Assembly (NCBI GenBank): GCA_965178125.1 | Contig: OZ237755.1 | Span: 186,001-250,000, forward strand | Source of the DNA: Bilabrum cf. latius | Taxonomy: Eukaryota | Reading direction: 5' to 3' | Length of the DNA stretch: 64,000 nucleotides | Part shown: piece after piece, positions 1-11,900 of the stretch | How the letters are laid out: the number at the start of each line of letters is the position of its first letter | How positions within the stretch are numbered: position 1 is the first letter of the stretch | Position numbers and translations under genes: made by a program | Notes under the pieces: model-generated | The model's input: only the letters and a program-made list of their open reading frames with translations | Databases searched by the model: none | Told to the model about the DNA's origin: nothing

Positions 1-2
1 AG

Positions 3-2084
3 AATGGCTTGGATCCGCTGTTGGGCGCAAGGAACCGTTTGTTGCGAGGCGTACTCGGCACTCTAGGGTTTCCCACCCCTCACGAGCTGTACAGAGGCTA
101 TGACAAGCTGCCTATGAATCGATCGTACCTCGCCTAGTACATGCAATCGAACCGAATATCGCTGGCAGACAACCAAGGGGAAGCTTGGCTCGCATTCAAC
201 TCGAGGGTATCGGTCGGGAAAGGGTCCCTTGGGTCAGTCGTGGTCGATCTGCGGCCGCTCGGTAACGCGTAGCGCGATTTCCAAATCATTCTTGGGTCCC
301 TCAAGCGCGGGCTTGCCGAGTTGCAGCGCGGCGGTCGCCTCGTGGTCGTGTCGTCCGGCGCACCAGGCTCGCCGGCAGGTGCGCTGGGAGACACCTGGAC
401 GGCAGCGGTGCACGGGGCGGTTCTGAGCCTGCACTAGGAAGTCGGCAAGCATGGGATTGGCATCAATCACGTGGTTGACGCCGGGGGGGCAGCACCATTC
501 CCGGAGGAGAGCGACTCGGAAGGCCAGGAGGAGGAGGAGGAGAGCGATGGGGGGAGCGAGGAGGAGGAGGGGAGCGATGAGGAGGGCGATGATAAGGGCG
601 AGGAGGGCGCCGCTGCCGCTGACGAGCGACTCGAAGGCGTGGACAGCAATGAGGGTGAGGGCAGCGGTGCGGGCGGCATGCAGGCGCGCGTGGATCTCAA
701 CCTAAAGTTCGACTCGATGCCGCTGGATGACAACGTGTGGGAGGCCGCTGCCTTCTTGGCCTCGCCCGCATCTGCGTTCGTCACGGGCCAGCAGCTTGTG
801 GTGAACGCCGACCGAAGCAATGGCTGGGCAGGTGGTGATGTGGGCTATGAGTCAGAGGATGGCGTTGACGCGCTGCAGTATTCAACAGCGGCCCACCGAC
901 TGCTGCGAAGGTCTGCCATCAGAGCAGAGGTGATGCTGGCGAAGGAGATGTAGGGTGAGACAGAGGGCAGAGGGGTTACCCCATACGGCCGCGAGCAAGA
1001 CTGGCTCAAGAAGAGTGACGAAATTGGTGCTGCGATCGAACGCATGAAGGGCCAGCTGCATGAGATGGGAGGTACGAACAAGACCGACATCACGGCTCCC
1101 ACTCTGCGCCCACAGGAGGGAAGCATTGCACTCGTCACGGGGGCCGCCAGGGGAATCGGCCGTGCGATCGCCCACCGGCTCGCCACTGAGGGCGCCATTG
1201 TGCTGTGCGTGGACGTGCCAGGGAACACGGAGGAGCTGAGCAAAGTGGCGGCCGAGGTAGGGGGGCTGGGCCTCGCCCTCGACATCACCCGGGACGACGC
1301 CCCCGGTGTGCTGCGCAGGGCAGTGGCGGAGTTTTCGTCCCCTCTGCGGAATGGCTTGGCCATGGACCACTCCGAGCCTTTCATGCGTGTTGCCAGGGGC
1401 GAGGACGCCGGGGCCGACCCGTGGGAGTCGCCGAGGCGGTCCGCGAGTGAGATCCTCGAGCTGCCAGAGTCCCGCGGCGCGATGGTGGACGAGTCCGACC
1501 TGGCCTCCTACTCGACCGACACTAACAAGCTGGTCACGTCGGCAGAGGGCGGGCTTGACGTTTTGGTGCACAACGCAGGTGTGACGAGGGACCGATCCCT
1601 GGGGAACATGTCCGAGGCGGAGGCGCGGGCGGTCTTCGCAGTCAACCTGGAGGCGATCCTTCGGATCGAGGAGGAGATCGGGGCTCGACAGCTGGTGGAC
1701 GGGAGCGGCGCCCCGGTGCTGGCGGATGGGGCTCGGGTGGTACTCCTGTCAAGCATCGTGGGTCGCGCGGGGGCCGTCGGGCAGTGCGCGTACGCGGCAA
1801 CGAAGAACGCCGTGGCGGCCTACGCGAGCGAGATGGGGCTCAAGAAAGCTGTGGCCGACTTGGGAGCGACGGTGAATGCGGTTGCTCCAGGATTCATCGA
1901 GACAGACATGACCCAAAAAATCCCAGTGGTGGGACGGGAGGTTGCCCGGAGGATGAGCTCGTTCCGGTAGGGGGGCTTGCCGTGGGATGTGGCGAGTGCC
2001 GTGGGGTTCCTCTGCTCACCGGAAGCGGTCGGAGTAAGCGGCTAGACTCTGCGGGTGTGCGGCGGGCACATGATCGGCAGGTGA
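3..2084 (+). CDS. FabG4-like high-molecular-weight short-chain dehydrogenase/3-ketoacyl reductase (5' end probably outside window; 6 in-frame TAG)
   Basis: Frame +3 is open from 3 to TGA 2082-2084 except for TAG at 135, 270, 435, 951, 1968 and 2043. SDR motifs: ALVTGAARGIGRAIA, LDVLVHNAGVTRD, LLSSIVG, YAATK, NAVAPGFIETDMT. The C-terminus 'RRMSSFR*GGLPWDVA...FLCSPEAVGVSG*TLRVCGGHMIGR' resembles FabG4-type tails. The N-terminal half carries a degenerate SDR-like segment (GGRLVVV, FLASPASAFVTGQQLVV). Confidence 0.8.
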
Positions 2085-2270
2085 TCGAAACAACGAAGAT
2101 AAACTCGGAATTGTACGAGCACCGGTGTCACGACCACATGTTGTATAGCCAAAGAAGTGCATAGTTTGCAACTTTATATCCAGATCCAAGATTCCAGATC
2201 CGAGTCCAGGCAACTAGATCGTCCCATCATATCAGCTCGGATATCTGGAAGCAACTCCCGTGCCACTCGC

Positions 2271-4286
2271 TCACTCGATGATGAACTCATCCACCCCCGA
2301 GGCACGATCCATGCCCAGCCGCAGGGCCGTGCCCTCTGCATCCGCGGCGCCCTCCACCTCCAGCCCCCCGAGGGCATCCACGCATTCGAACCGCACAGTG
2401 ATGGGGAAGAAGAGATCCGCGTCGTCTCCGGGGGCGGTGAACACCATGTTGCCGCTGGCGTTGTCGGCCCCCACCGCCCCGATCGTCCACACCAGCGCGT
2501 CCTCCGAGGGCGAATGCTGCCACACGCCGTCGCAGTTGGACACCTAGGGGGCCTGCCCACCCGCGCCCTGCAGCGGGATCATCACCTGCACGTTCCGCAG
2601 CCCCCCGGGCGCCCGCGCCCCCGACTGGAACTCCCAGTCCACCGACACCTCGCTGCTGCCCTCCCCTTCATCCGCCCAGCAAGTCAGTAGGATGGGCACG
2701 TCCTCGGCTCGCTTGCTCTCGTACTTCCACCGCAACAGGCTCGCCGGGCGGCCCACGGGCATGGCCTTCTTGGGGACGAGCTGCTGGGCCGCGGCGAAGG
2801 CGTCCTTGTCCAGGTTGGGGTGCGTGGTGAACTGCACCCCCTGCTGCAGGGGCCCGCGGATCGTCTGCAGGCGCAAGGTGGCTGCTTCTGGCACCTGGCA
2901 CGTGACGCTGAGCGTGCCTTTGACCTGGAAACGGCTGCAGCCCCCGTCCCTGTCCATCCGCACCAGCATCTTCTCCTTGATGCTGGCCACCACCTGGTTG
3001 GCAGCTGCCGCAGCTGCCGCCCGCTTGGCAGCCTCCACAGCGTCCTCTGCCCCGCCCGCCGCGGACCCTGCCCCGCCCGCCGCACCCCCCGCGCCCGTCA
3101 TCGCGTCGGGCAGACGCACCCCCTCCTGCGCCAGCGCTTCCATGGCCGCCGCGGACATTCCCCCGTCCCCTGCCCCCATGCCCATGCCGGCCCCCGCGCC
3201 AGCCCTGCCTCCCCCTCCCAGTTTCTTGGAGCCCAGCCTGGTGCCTTTGCGCGCCCCCCCTCCCAAAGAGCTCGAGCCACCCCTTCCTCCGCTCGAGGAG
3301 GGCGCCCCGCCTGCTCCTACGCCCACAGCGGAGGACCCCCCCCCCTCCAATGCCGCCGTACGAGGCCCCCAACGAGCTAGAGCCCACGCCCGTGTCCGGC
3401 CGCGCATCCGAGGTGCCGGTGCGGGGCAGGCTAGGCATCTCCGTGCTGGCGCTGTGGGAGCCCACGCCCCCGTACTTGCCCGGCGTGGGCCCCTGCCCCT
3501 GCCCCCTCCTCCGGGCCACCTCCTCGGCGTGCTCGGCCGCGCGCACTGCCGCCTCCTCCTCCTGCTGCTTGCGGATGCGGATGGCTGTCTCCTCCTCGTG
3601 GGAGTACATTTCCAGGTACTCGGCCAGCTCCGGCATGGAGAGATGCTCGGCGTGCCCCCCTGCGGCCACGGCCTCGTCCATGGCAAAGATGATGGAGAAG
3701 GCGAACTCCTTCACGCTCTCCTCCGTCAGGCCGTCCTCGTACGACGAGCCGTACTGGAGCACAACCTTGCTAAGCAAAGACAGAGTTTCCAAATCATCCA
3801 CGATATTCGACCCCTTGTTCGTCGTCAGAACCAAGTAAACGTCGTCGAACGGATGAAACAAGAACCGGATCGAGTCCGTCTCAACGTACGTGTGCTGCTT
3901 GCCCTTGGTGGATGTCACCAGCTTTGAGAAAGCAGATAGAAGGCCTTCAATCTTCATTTTGGACATGGAAACGAACTGCCGGCTCATAAGAACTGCGACG
4001 GGCGACAGCGTGGGTGGCGGTCAGGTCGGACTGAGTGGTTGGGCCGGACCGGACGACTAACTGGGCTCTCGACGCCAAAAACAATTTACTCACCCCTACC
4101 ACGCGATTTAGATATCACCGAGGCAGCTAGAACAACCTGCGGTCGCTTGATAAGCACATTAAGATTGGCATCGTGCGTCGAGCAATATCCGGCAACGTGT
4201 TGCCGCGGTACCCAACTAGCAATCCGCTAGGACCCTAAAACCAGCGATTTATCGATAGAATTGAAGCAACGCGTATGCCTTACCAT
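2271..4286 (-). CDS. ARCN1: Coatomer subunit delta (delta-COP); exons 4284-4286, 4094-4136, 2271-3992; 1 TAG; apparent frameshift at C10 run 3336-3345
   Basis: The spliced N-terminus [41 protein letters not shown]...QHTYVETDSIRF...TNKGSNIVDDLETL is the delta-COP longin domain. The mu-homology domain follows (FTTHPNLDK, LLRWK, VPILLTCW, FFPITVRF). TAG at 2544 joins ORFs 2544..3686 and 2271..2543. Ends TGA. Confidence 0.9.
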
Positions 4287-4445
4287 GGTTGCAGGGTTTA
4301 ATGGTTTGCAATCCTGCGAAATCACGCAGGAGCGCTTCAGATGTTTGTAGCGAACAGTTAAACCCAAACTCTGTATTGAGATGATCGGATCATCGCTGAG
4401 GACCAGCAGGATGTGTTTCACGTTAAGTATCGGAAATTATCAATA

Positions 4446-5826
4446 ATGGTGAGGGCTGCAGCCACTTTTCGCTGTTTTGTGTCTAAATGTGTGTTTCAGC
4501 TCGCTGTGTTGTCAATATTGGCCGGTAGAGAGCCGCACAGGTAGCGCCTGTGACGTGCGATCGTTTTGTTGCCGTGTTTCCTATCTTATTATCGGCCTTC
4601 CGTCCACAACACCTTTTGAATCGCAGGCGGCTGCTCGTCCTATCGTGAACGTGTACAAGGCTTCCGGTGAGGAGGCGGAGGCCTCGACTCAGGTCGAGCT
4701 CCCCGCTGTGCTCGCGGCCCCCATCCGCCAGGACATTGTGCACTTCGTGCACACGCACATGGCCAAGAACGCCCGTCAGGCATACGCTGTGAGCAAGGAT
4801 GCCGGCCACCAGACCTCCGCCGAGTCTTGGGGAACCGGCCGTGCCGTTTCGCGTATCCCTCGCGTGCCCGGCAGCGGTACCCACCGCTCCGGCCAGGGTG
4901 CCTTCGGCAACATGTGCCGTGGTGGCCGCATGTTCGCTCCCACCAAGACGTGGCGCAAGTGGCACCGCAAGATCAACGTGAACCAGCGCCGGTACGCCGT
5001 TTCCTCGGCCCTGGCCGCGTCCGCTGTGCCCGGCCTGGTGATGGCTCGCGGCCACCGGATCGAAGACGTGTACGAGGTGCCCTGCGTGGTGGAGGCCGAG
5101 GGCGTGAGCAAGACCAAGCAGGCCATCGCGCTGCTCGAGGCCGTGGGCGCTGGCGCCGACCTCGACAACGTGAAGGAGTCGCGCGCCGTGCGCTCCGGCA
5201 AGGGCAAGGCCCGCAACAGGCGCTTCGTGCAGCGCCGCGGCCCCCTCGTCGTGTACGGTGACGAGGGCAAGGCCATCGAGCAGGCCTTCCGGGTGCTGCC
5301 CGGCGTGGAGGTGTGCCACGTGTCTCGCCTGAATCTGCTGCAGCTGGCCCCCGGCGGGCACATGGGCCGCTTCTGCGTGTGGACCAAGAGCGCCTTTGAG
5401 CAGCTCGACTCGATCTGGGGCGGCAACGGCAAGGCCTCGGCCAAGACCCACAACGGGCGCACCTACCGCCTGCCCGCGTCTGCCATGAGCAACGCGGACC
5501 TGGCCAAGGTGATCAACAGCGCCGGCATCCAGGGCCACAAGGACGTGCGCCCCAAGAGCGAGGCCTCCCACCGCGTCACCGCCAAGCGCGGCAACGCCCT
5601 GCGGAACCGGGCCCTGCGCCTCAAGCTGGACCCCTTCGCCGACGCCCGCCGCGAGGCCACCACCAAGGCCCAGGCCGCCGCCGCCGCCGCCAACCGCCAG
5701 AAGAAGCGCGATGCCAAGCGCCGCGCCGCCTCGCTGGCCTTCTTCGACCGCCTGCAGTCCGACGAGTGGAAGGGCGACTCCGTGGCCGAGACCTACACCG
5801 CCACCTACGGCAAGCCCCAGGTGTGA
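4446..5826 (+). CDS. RPL4: 60S ribosomal protein L4 (uL4); exons 4446-4448, 4627-5826
   Basis: ATG|gtgagg...tcgcag|GCG gives MAAARPIVNVY. Contains AESWGTGRAVSRIPRV, GAFGNMCRGGRMFAPTKTWRKWH and LNLLQLAPGGH. No TAG; ends TGA. Confidence 0.97.
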
Positions 5827-6117
5827 AGAGTCTCCGGCTCTCTCCCTGTGCTGACCGCGCCTCCTCGTGCCTGACTGGGAGGAGGGGCTCGGGCGGACTG
5901 CCAGCCAATGAGTGCGATGGCATTTGAGGGCGCCGCGCTTTTCGCCGAGTGCGGGCTCGCATGTGCTGCGTTGCTATCGAAACGGCTTTCTGTCTGATAC
6001 AATATAAGTAGCCACCACCGTAGTAATGCTCCTAGTTGTATGAAGCACTTGCCACCGAAATCCAACTCTTCCGGGTTTCGCTAGAAGACCACACGGCATC
6101 ACACTAGAGCTCGTGCA

Positions 6118-6566
6118 ATGGCCCAAAGCAAGAATCCTAAGGATGCTGTGTCATGCGTCACTTGCCTAAATTCCATCATTTTCTGTATTGGTGAGAGTGT
6201 ACTTTGCTACACCAGCAAGCAGGCTAAGCAGTGAAGCTTCACTGCTTCAGACGCAATACAACCTAGCAGCGCAGGTCCGTCCAATCAGTTCCACGAATTC
6301 TGGAAAAATGGGCATTTTACGGCATGCTCTGACAAGTTCAAAGAGCTGGCGACGTGTGCGAAAATCAAGACGAGCTCGGATGAAGACGCACAAGTGAGAG
6401 AATCGCACCAGGCCTTGCCACCAGTCGCCACCCTCCGAGGATACGATAATTTTCAACATTATATTGGCTGTTTGCGCAGAAGATGGTCGCTGAACTGGCA
6501 AAACCTACCCCATCACCGACGATCGGCCACATTTGGGAGGAACGGAAACAGCCGCCGACAGGATGA
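6118..6566 (+). CDS. DUF3128 / Emi1-like small Cys-containing protein (92 aa); exons 6118-6190, 6275-6393, 6480-6566
   Basis: Not in the ORF track; assembled from two GT-AG introns: MAQSKNPKDAVSCVTCLNSIIFCIGPSNQFHEFWKNGHFTACSDKFKELATCAKIKTSSDEDAQKMVAELAKPTPSPTIGHIWEERKQPPTG*. Cys spacing and the C-terminal 'IWEERKQPP' match my recollection of DUF3128. Confidence 0.7.
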
Positions 6567-7249
6567 GAGGATGTATTGCCCTGTTTGGAATAAAGTGCAT
6601 TTTATCGTTCAGCAGCATAACCTTGCCAGCGGAAACTGTCGAATCTATCCATAGCGAGGGCAGCTGCACTGATAGGGGGCAAAGGGGCTGATCTGCAGGT
6701 GCGCAGCAGGGAAGCAAGGCACCCTTGCTCGCCCCCAGCTGGAGCCGCATCGCCTGCTGCAGATGATCTATGCTCGCTTTGGTGCAGTGAAGTCGCTATG
6801 CCCTTGCGCAGCCACGGGGCAGCGCATTTGAGTGCTGCATGATTCACACCGTACTTCAAAGCGGTGTGCTGGGAGGCTTGTTGTGCCAACAGTGTTGGTG
6901 GCATGCCAGCGGAACGACACATGATGGTAAGGACGGGCAGGAGTGGACCCAATTGCACCCACCTTCGGCCACCGCTAAGCGGGTGGGAGCCCCGCAGATA
7001 GGCAGCTACGGGTCGGCGATCGTGCTGCAGCGTGAGGAGGCGACGTTGGTGTTCGGGTCCAAGCACAGCTTAAGCATGATCCTATAGAGAGAATTGTGAT
7101 GCTTGAGATTGCTGTGCCTTGTTGGAGTGCAGCGAAGACTGAGCTTATAATGCCTCACCAAGTGTATGGTCGATCGGAGTACCCGCGGACAACCCGGACT
7201 CTAGAATCTCGCATCAATCAAAGGTTGGCGACGTTTTTGTTCTGGCGCA

Positions 7250-8740
7250 ATGTCGAGCTGGTTTACATCACCAAAGGCTCAGCTGTCTAGAGCAGAAAAA
7301 GAGCGAGCTGCACTTGAGCAAGACAGACGTCTTGTTGGTGCTGACCGCGTGGATGAGATGGGACGAGGTGGCCGATATTTCGTAGTTGATAAGCCCGACG
7401 GATCTCAAGCGCACGTACTTGGAGTCGTGCCAGGTTCTAGCGTGTCTGAACGCGACCTTGATGCGTTGCTAGAGTTCGTATAGCCGAAGGAGGTATACGT
7501 AGATCTGAACAACTCAGAGCTAGACTTGTTACGAGACATGTATGGAAGCAATAGAACTATGCTGCAATCCAGAGAACTCGGTTTTAGTCTGGTTGGGCAG
7601 CATTGGATGGAATGGGGCCTGCTTGCGGCCTGTCAGATTCAGTTGCAGCACAACCAGCGCCAAGTCTTCCGCATGTGCGGACTGGATCCCGACTAGATCT
7701 GGAAAAAGGTACTCGAGACTTGCAATAGCGATAGAGACGATGCACCAAGACTTTCAGCAAACGGTGTTGACCTCAGAGAAACGTTTAACGAGTGGGACAT
7801 GGCGGCCGAGCGAGTGGGAGGCTACCAGTTCATCCCGGAAGGCCACTACGAGCCGACGGGGCCCCCCGCCGACATGCAGTTCACGCACTCGCTTGTTATG
7901 CGCGTGCGCTCAGATGCTATGGTGGAGGACGCGCGAAAGGAAGCCGCTTCGCTGTCCATTTCGGCGGGCGACCAGGGCCAGCTTGGCACCGACACGCTCG
8001 ACGAGTTCACTCGGCAGATGCGCAGGAAGCTGGACCTGTACACGCTGCAGTGCACTGCAGAAACGGAGGACGTGGAAGCGCGACTCAGCAAGATGCTGCA
8101 GCAGGCCGACAAGGAGGTAGCCGCGATCCTGAAGAGGGAGGAGGCGAGGGCGGGAGGGCAGGGGGTGGATGCAGAGGGCAAGCCCGCTGAGGGGCAGGCG
8201 GCGGAGCAGGCGCAGACGCAGGATGCCGCGAAGAAGTACGAATTAGCGCAGGTGGCTGGGCTAGCCATGCGACAGGTGGACGGAATGGACAGGCAGATGC
8301 GCGTGGCGGCAGGCATGGTGCAGCAGGCGGACGGCCCTGTGGTTGCGCTGGTGCAGATGCCCAGGGTGCAGCCGCTGCTCGCACGCTGGCACCAGCCGGG
8401 GGCGCTCCGGGAGCAGATGCCCGAGCGCAGCATTGGGACGTGGGCTGCCACTGTGGTGGCGCCCCCTACGGTGCTCGGCGGTCTGGCCCTCGGCCTGACT
8501 CAGCTCACCCGGGTGGTAGCACACCGCACGAAGTGGGGGGGCAGGATACTGGGAGGCACGCTGCTTCTAGGAAGTGCGCTCATCGTCGGGTCGGGCGCGA
8601 TGAATTTTGCCATGACGGTTAACCACTCCTCAACTGTGGGCCCGTTCATGCTCTCGGCATTGCAGCGACCTGTCCCCCCACTCGGGCAGACACTAAAGTC
8701 GCTGGGCGTCAGGAGGGGCGGCTCAAATCGGTCTGAGTAA
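7250..8740 (+). CDS. TraB-domain-like protein with C-terminal hydrophobic segments (2 TAG)
   Basis: One frame, with TAG at 7481 and 7694; ends TAA. 'AHVLGVVPGSSVSERDLDALLEFV*PKEVYVDL' resembles the TraB/TRABD N-terminal motif (VYLVGTAH..S...V...I..VQPDVVVVEL). Two hydrophobic stretches lie near the C-terminus. Confidence 0.55.
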
Positions 8741-8923
8741 GCCTTGGGGACCCTGCTTTGTCTAATTGTATTGAACAGTGAATAGCATGGGCCATAATTC
8801 GTTCAGTTTCTTCGCGCGACCATCTTGCGTCTGGCGACCAAACACTTTTTCTGAACCGCGCGAGACGGTGCGCGGTTCCGCTACAACGGACACTGCCCGC
8901 TTGCACAACTGCAAGTCTCTTCA

Positions 8924-11900
8924 ATGAGTCATCGTAGGGTCGTAGATCTCGCTGATGCAAATGGTTGGGTACCAGATGATGATAGTAGCATAACCAGTGG
9001 CATGACAGGCACGACTGGATCGTCGGATACTTGGGTTATTGAGAACGATGGGCATGCACGCGGTGACAAGCACACACGCCATCTCCCTATAGCTGATTTC
9101 TCACCACATGGATACGGCTCAAATACGTCGAAACCAATAGCACTATAGGGCAACGTGCGCGCGAAGGTGAACGCGAGCGGGCTGGCCGGGGCGCTGCTGG
9201 GGTCCGGCGGGGACGGTGCGTTCCGGGGCAGCACGGAGGCGCGAGACACGGCGGAGGCGATGCGTCGTGCGGCAGAGGCGAGCAAGCGGGACGGGGACGT
9301 GGGGGCGGGCGGGGGCCGGGGGCTGAGCGCGGCGGAGCTGGCGAAGCTGGGGCACGGGTCTGGGTCTGGCGTGCTGGCGGTGCCTCGCGGGGCCAAGTTC
9401 GACGGCACGACGGAGGCGCAGGACCGCGGTCGGCAGGGCGTGGGTCGCGGGGGCGTGGGTCGCGGGGGCCGCGGGGGCGAGTCGTTCGGGAAGCCGGCCA
9501 CGGACACGGCGGGGCGCGTGCTGGGCGGTGCGGCGGGCGCGTCTGGAGCTCCCACGCTGGGCCGGCGCGGGGAGGGCGTGGGGGCGTGGGACCCGGAGGA
9601 CGAGGCGGCGGTGGGCCCTCAGGAGGGGCGGTCGGGGGGCGCTCGCGAGCGTGCGCGGGGCATGGTGAACATCGTGGGCGGGCCTGGGTCTCGCATGGTG
9701 GGCGCGCCCGAGTCTCGTCGAGCGGCGGAGCTGGCTCGTCGTGCGCGCGGGGACGGCGTGGGCGGGAAGCCGGCGCTGTCTCGTCCTCGCGGGGGCAACT
9801 CGAGCGCGCGCGTGGTGGGCGGGTCTCGGCTGGGGGCCGTGGCAGGGACTCGTCGTCGCATGGGCGATGGGGAGGACGGGAGCGCTCTGGCCGAGTCGGC
9901 GGATCCACGGGAGCGGGCGGCGCGTACGCGTGACGCGGCGGAGGAGAAGAAGCTGCGGGAGCGTCAGCTGGCGGGGTCCCGTCTGCTGCCTGGGCGCGGT
10001 GGCATGGGCGGGGGCGAGGGGCAGGAGGAGGGGAAGGACCCGTCCGCGTTCGAGACGGAGGCGGGGCGGTCGTTCCGTCGTCGCGGGGGCGCGGGTGCGG
10101 GAGGTGCGGGCGGGCGCGAGGGCAAGCCGGGGGGCAACGTGCGCGCGAAGGTGAACGCGAGCGGGCTGGCCGGGGCGCTGCTGGGGTCCGGCGGGGACGG
10201 TGCGTTCCGGGGCAGCACGGAGGCGCGAGACACGGCGGAGGCGATGCGTCGCGCGGCAGAGGCGAGCAAGCGGGACGGGGACGTGGGGGCCGGCGGGGGC
10301 CGGGGGCTGAGCGCGGCGGAGCTGGCGAAGCTGGGGCACGGGTCTGGGTCTGGCGTGCTGGCGGTGCCTCGCGGGGCCAAGTTCGACGGCACGACGGAGG
10401 CGCAGGACCGCGGTCGGCAGGGCGTGGGTCGCGGGGGCGTGGGTCGCGGGGGCCGCGGGGGCGAGTCGTTCGGGAAGCCGGCCACGGACACGGCGGGGCG
10501 CGTGCTGGGCGGTGCGGCGGGCGCGTCTGGAGCTCCCACGCTGGGCCGGCGCGGGGAGGGCGTGGGGGCGTGGGACCCGGAGGACGAGGCGGCGGTGGGC
10601 CCTCAGGAGGGGCGGTCGGGGGGCGCTCGCGAGCGTGCGCGGGGCATGGTGAACATCGTGGGCGGGCCTGGGTCTCGCATGGTGGGCGCGCCCGAGTCTC
10701 GTCGAGCGGCGGAGCTGGCTCGCCGTGCGCGCGGGGACGGCGTGGGCGGGAAGCCGGCGCTGTCTCGTCCTCGCGGGGGCAACTCGAGCGCGCGCGTGGT
10801 GGGCGGGTCTCGGCTGGGGGCCGTGGCAGGGACTCGTCGGCGCATGGGCGATGGGGAGGACGGGAGCGCTTTGGCCGAGTCAGCGGATCCACGGGAGCGG
10901 GCGGCGCGTGCGCGTGACGCGGCGGAGGAGAAGAAGCTGCGGGAGCGTCAGCTGGCGGGGTCCCGTCTGCTGCCGGGCCGCGGGGGCATGGGCGGGGGCG
11001 AGGGGCAGGAGGAGGGGAAGGACCCGTCCGCGTTCGAGACGGAGGCGGGGCGGTCGTTCCGTCGTCGCGGGGGCGCGGGTGCGGGAGGTGCGGGCGGGCG
11101 CGGGGGCAAGCCGGGGGGCAACGTGCGCGCGAAGGTGAACGCGAGCGGGCTGGCCGGGGCGCTGCTGGGGTCCGGCGGGGACGGTGCGTTCCGGGGCAGC
11201 ACGGAGGCGCGAGACACGGCGGAGGCGATGCGTCGCGCGGCAGAGGCGAGCAAGCGGGACGGGGACGTGGGGGCGGGCGGGGGCCGGGGGCTGAGCGCGG
11301 CGGAGCTGGCGAAGCTGGGGCACGGGTCTGGGTCTGGCGTGCTGGCGGTGCCTCGCGGGGCCAAGTTCGACGGCACGACGGAGGCGCAGGACCGCGGTCG
11401 GCAGGGCGTGGGTCGCGGGGGCGTGGGTCGCGGGGGCCGCGGGGGCGAGTCGTTCGGGAAGCCGGCCACGGACACGGCGGGGCGCGTGCTGGGCGGTGCG
11501 GCGGGCGCGTCTGGAGCTCCCACGCTGGGCCGGCGCGGGGAGGGCGTGGGGGCGTGGGACTCGGAGGACGAGGCGGCGGTGGGCCCTCAGGAGGGGCGGT
11601 CGGGGGGCGCTCGCGAGCGTGCGCGGGGCATGGTGAACATCGTGGGCGGGCCTGGGTCTCGCATGGTGGGCGCGCCCGAGTCTCGTCGAGCGGCGGAGCT
11701 GGCTCGCCGCGCGCGCGGGGACGGCGTGGGCGGGAAGCCGGCGCTGTCTCGTCCTCGCGGGGGCAACTCGAGCGCGCGCGTGGTGGGCGGGTCTCGGCTG
11801 GGGGCCGTGGCAGGGACTCGTCGTCGCATGGGCGATGGGGAGGACGGGAGCGCTTTGGCCGAGTCAGCGGATCCACGGGAGCGGGCGGCGCGTGCGCGTG

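Noticed and set aside
3336-3345. Programmed frameshift or pseudogene in delta-COP
   Set aside because: The frame switch falls in a 10-C homopolymer within a Gly-rich linker, and removing one base restores the frame. It is most likely a sequencing indel; verify with reads.
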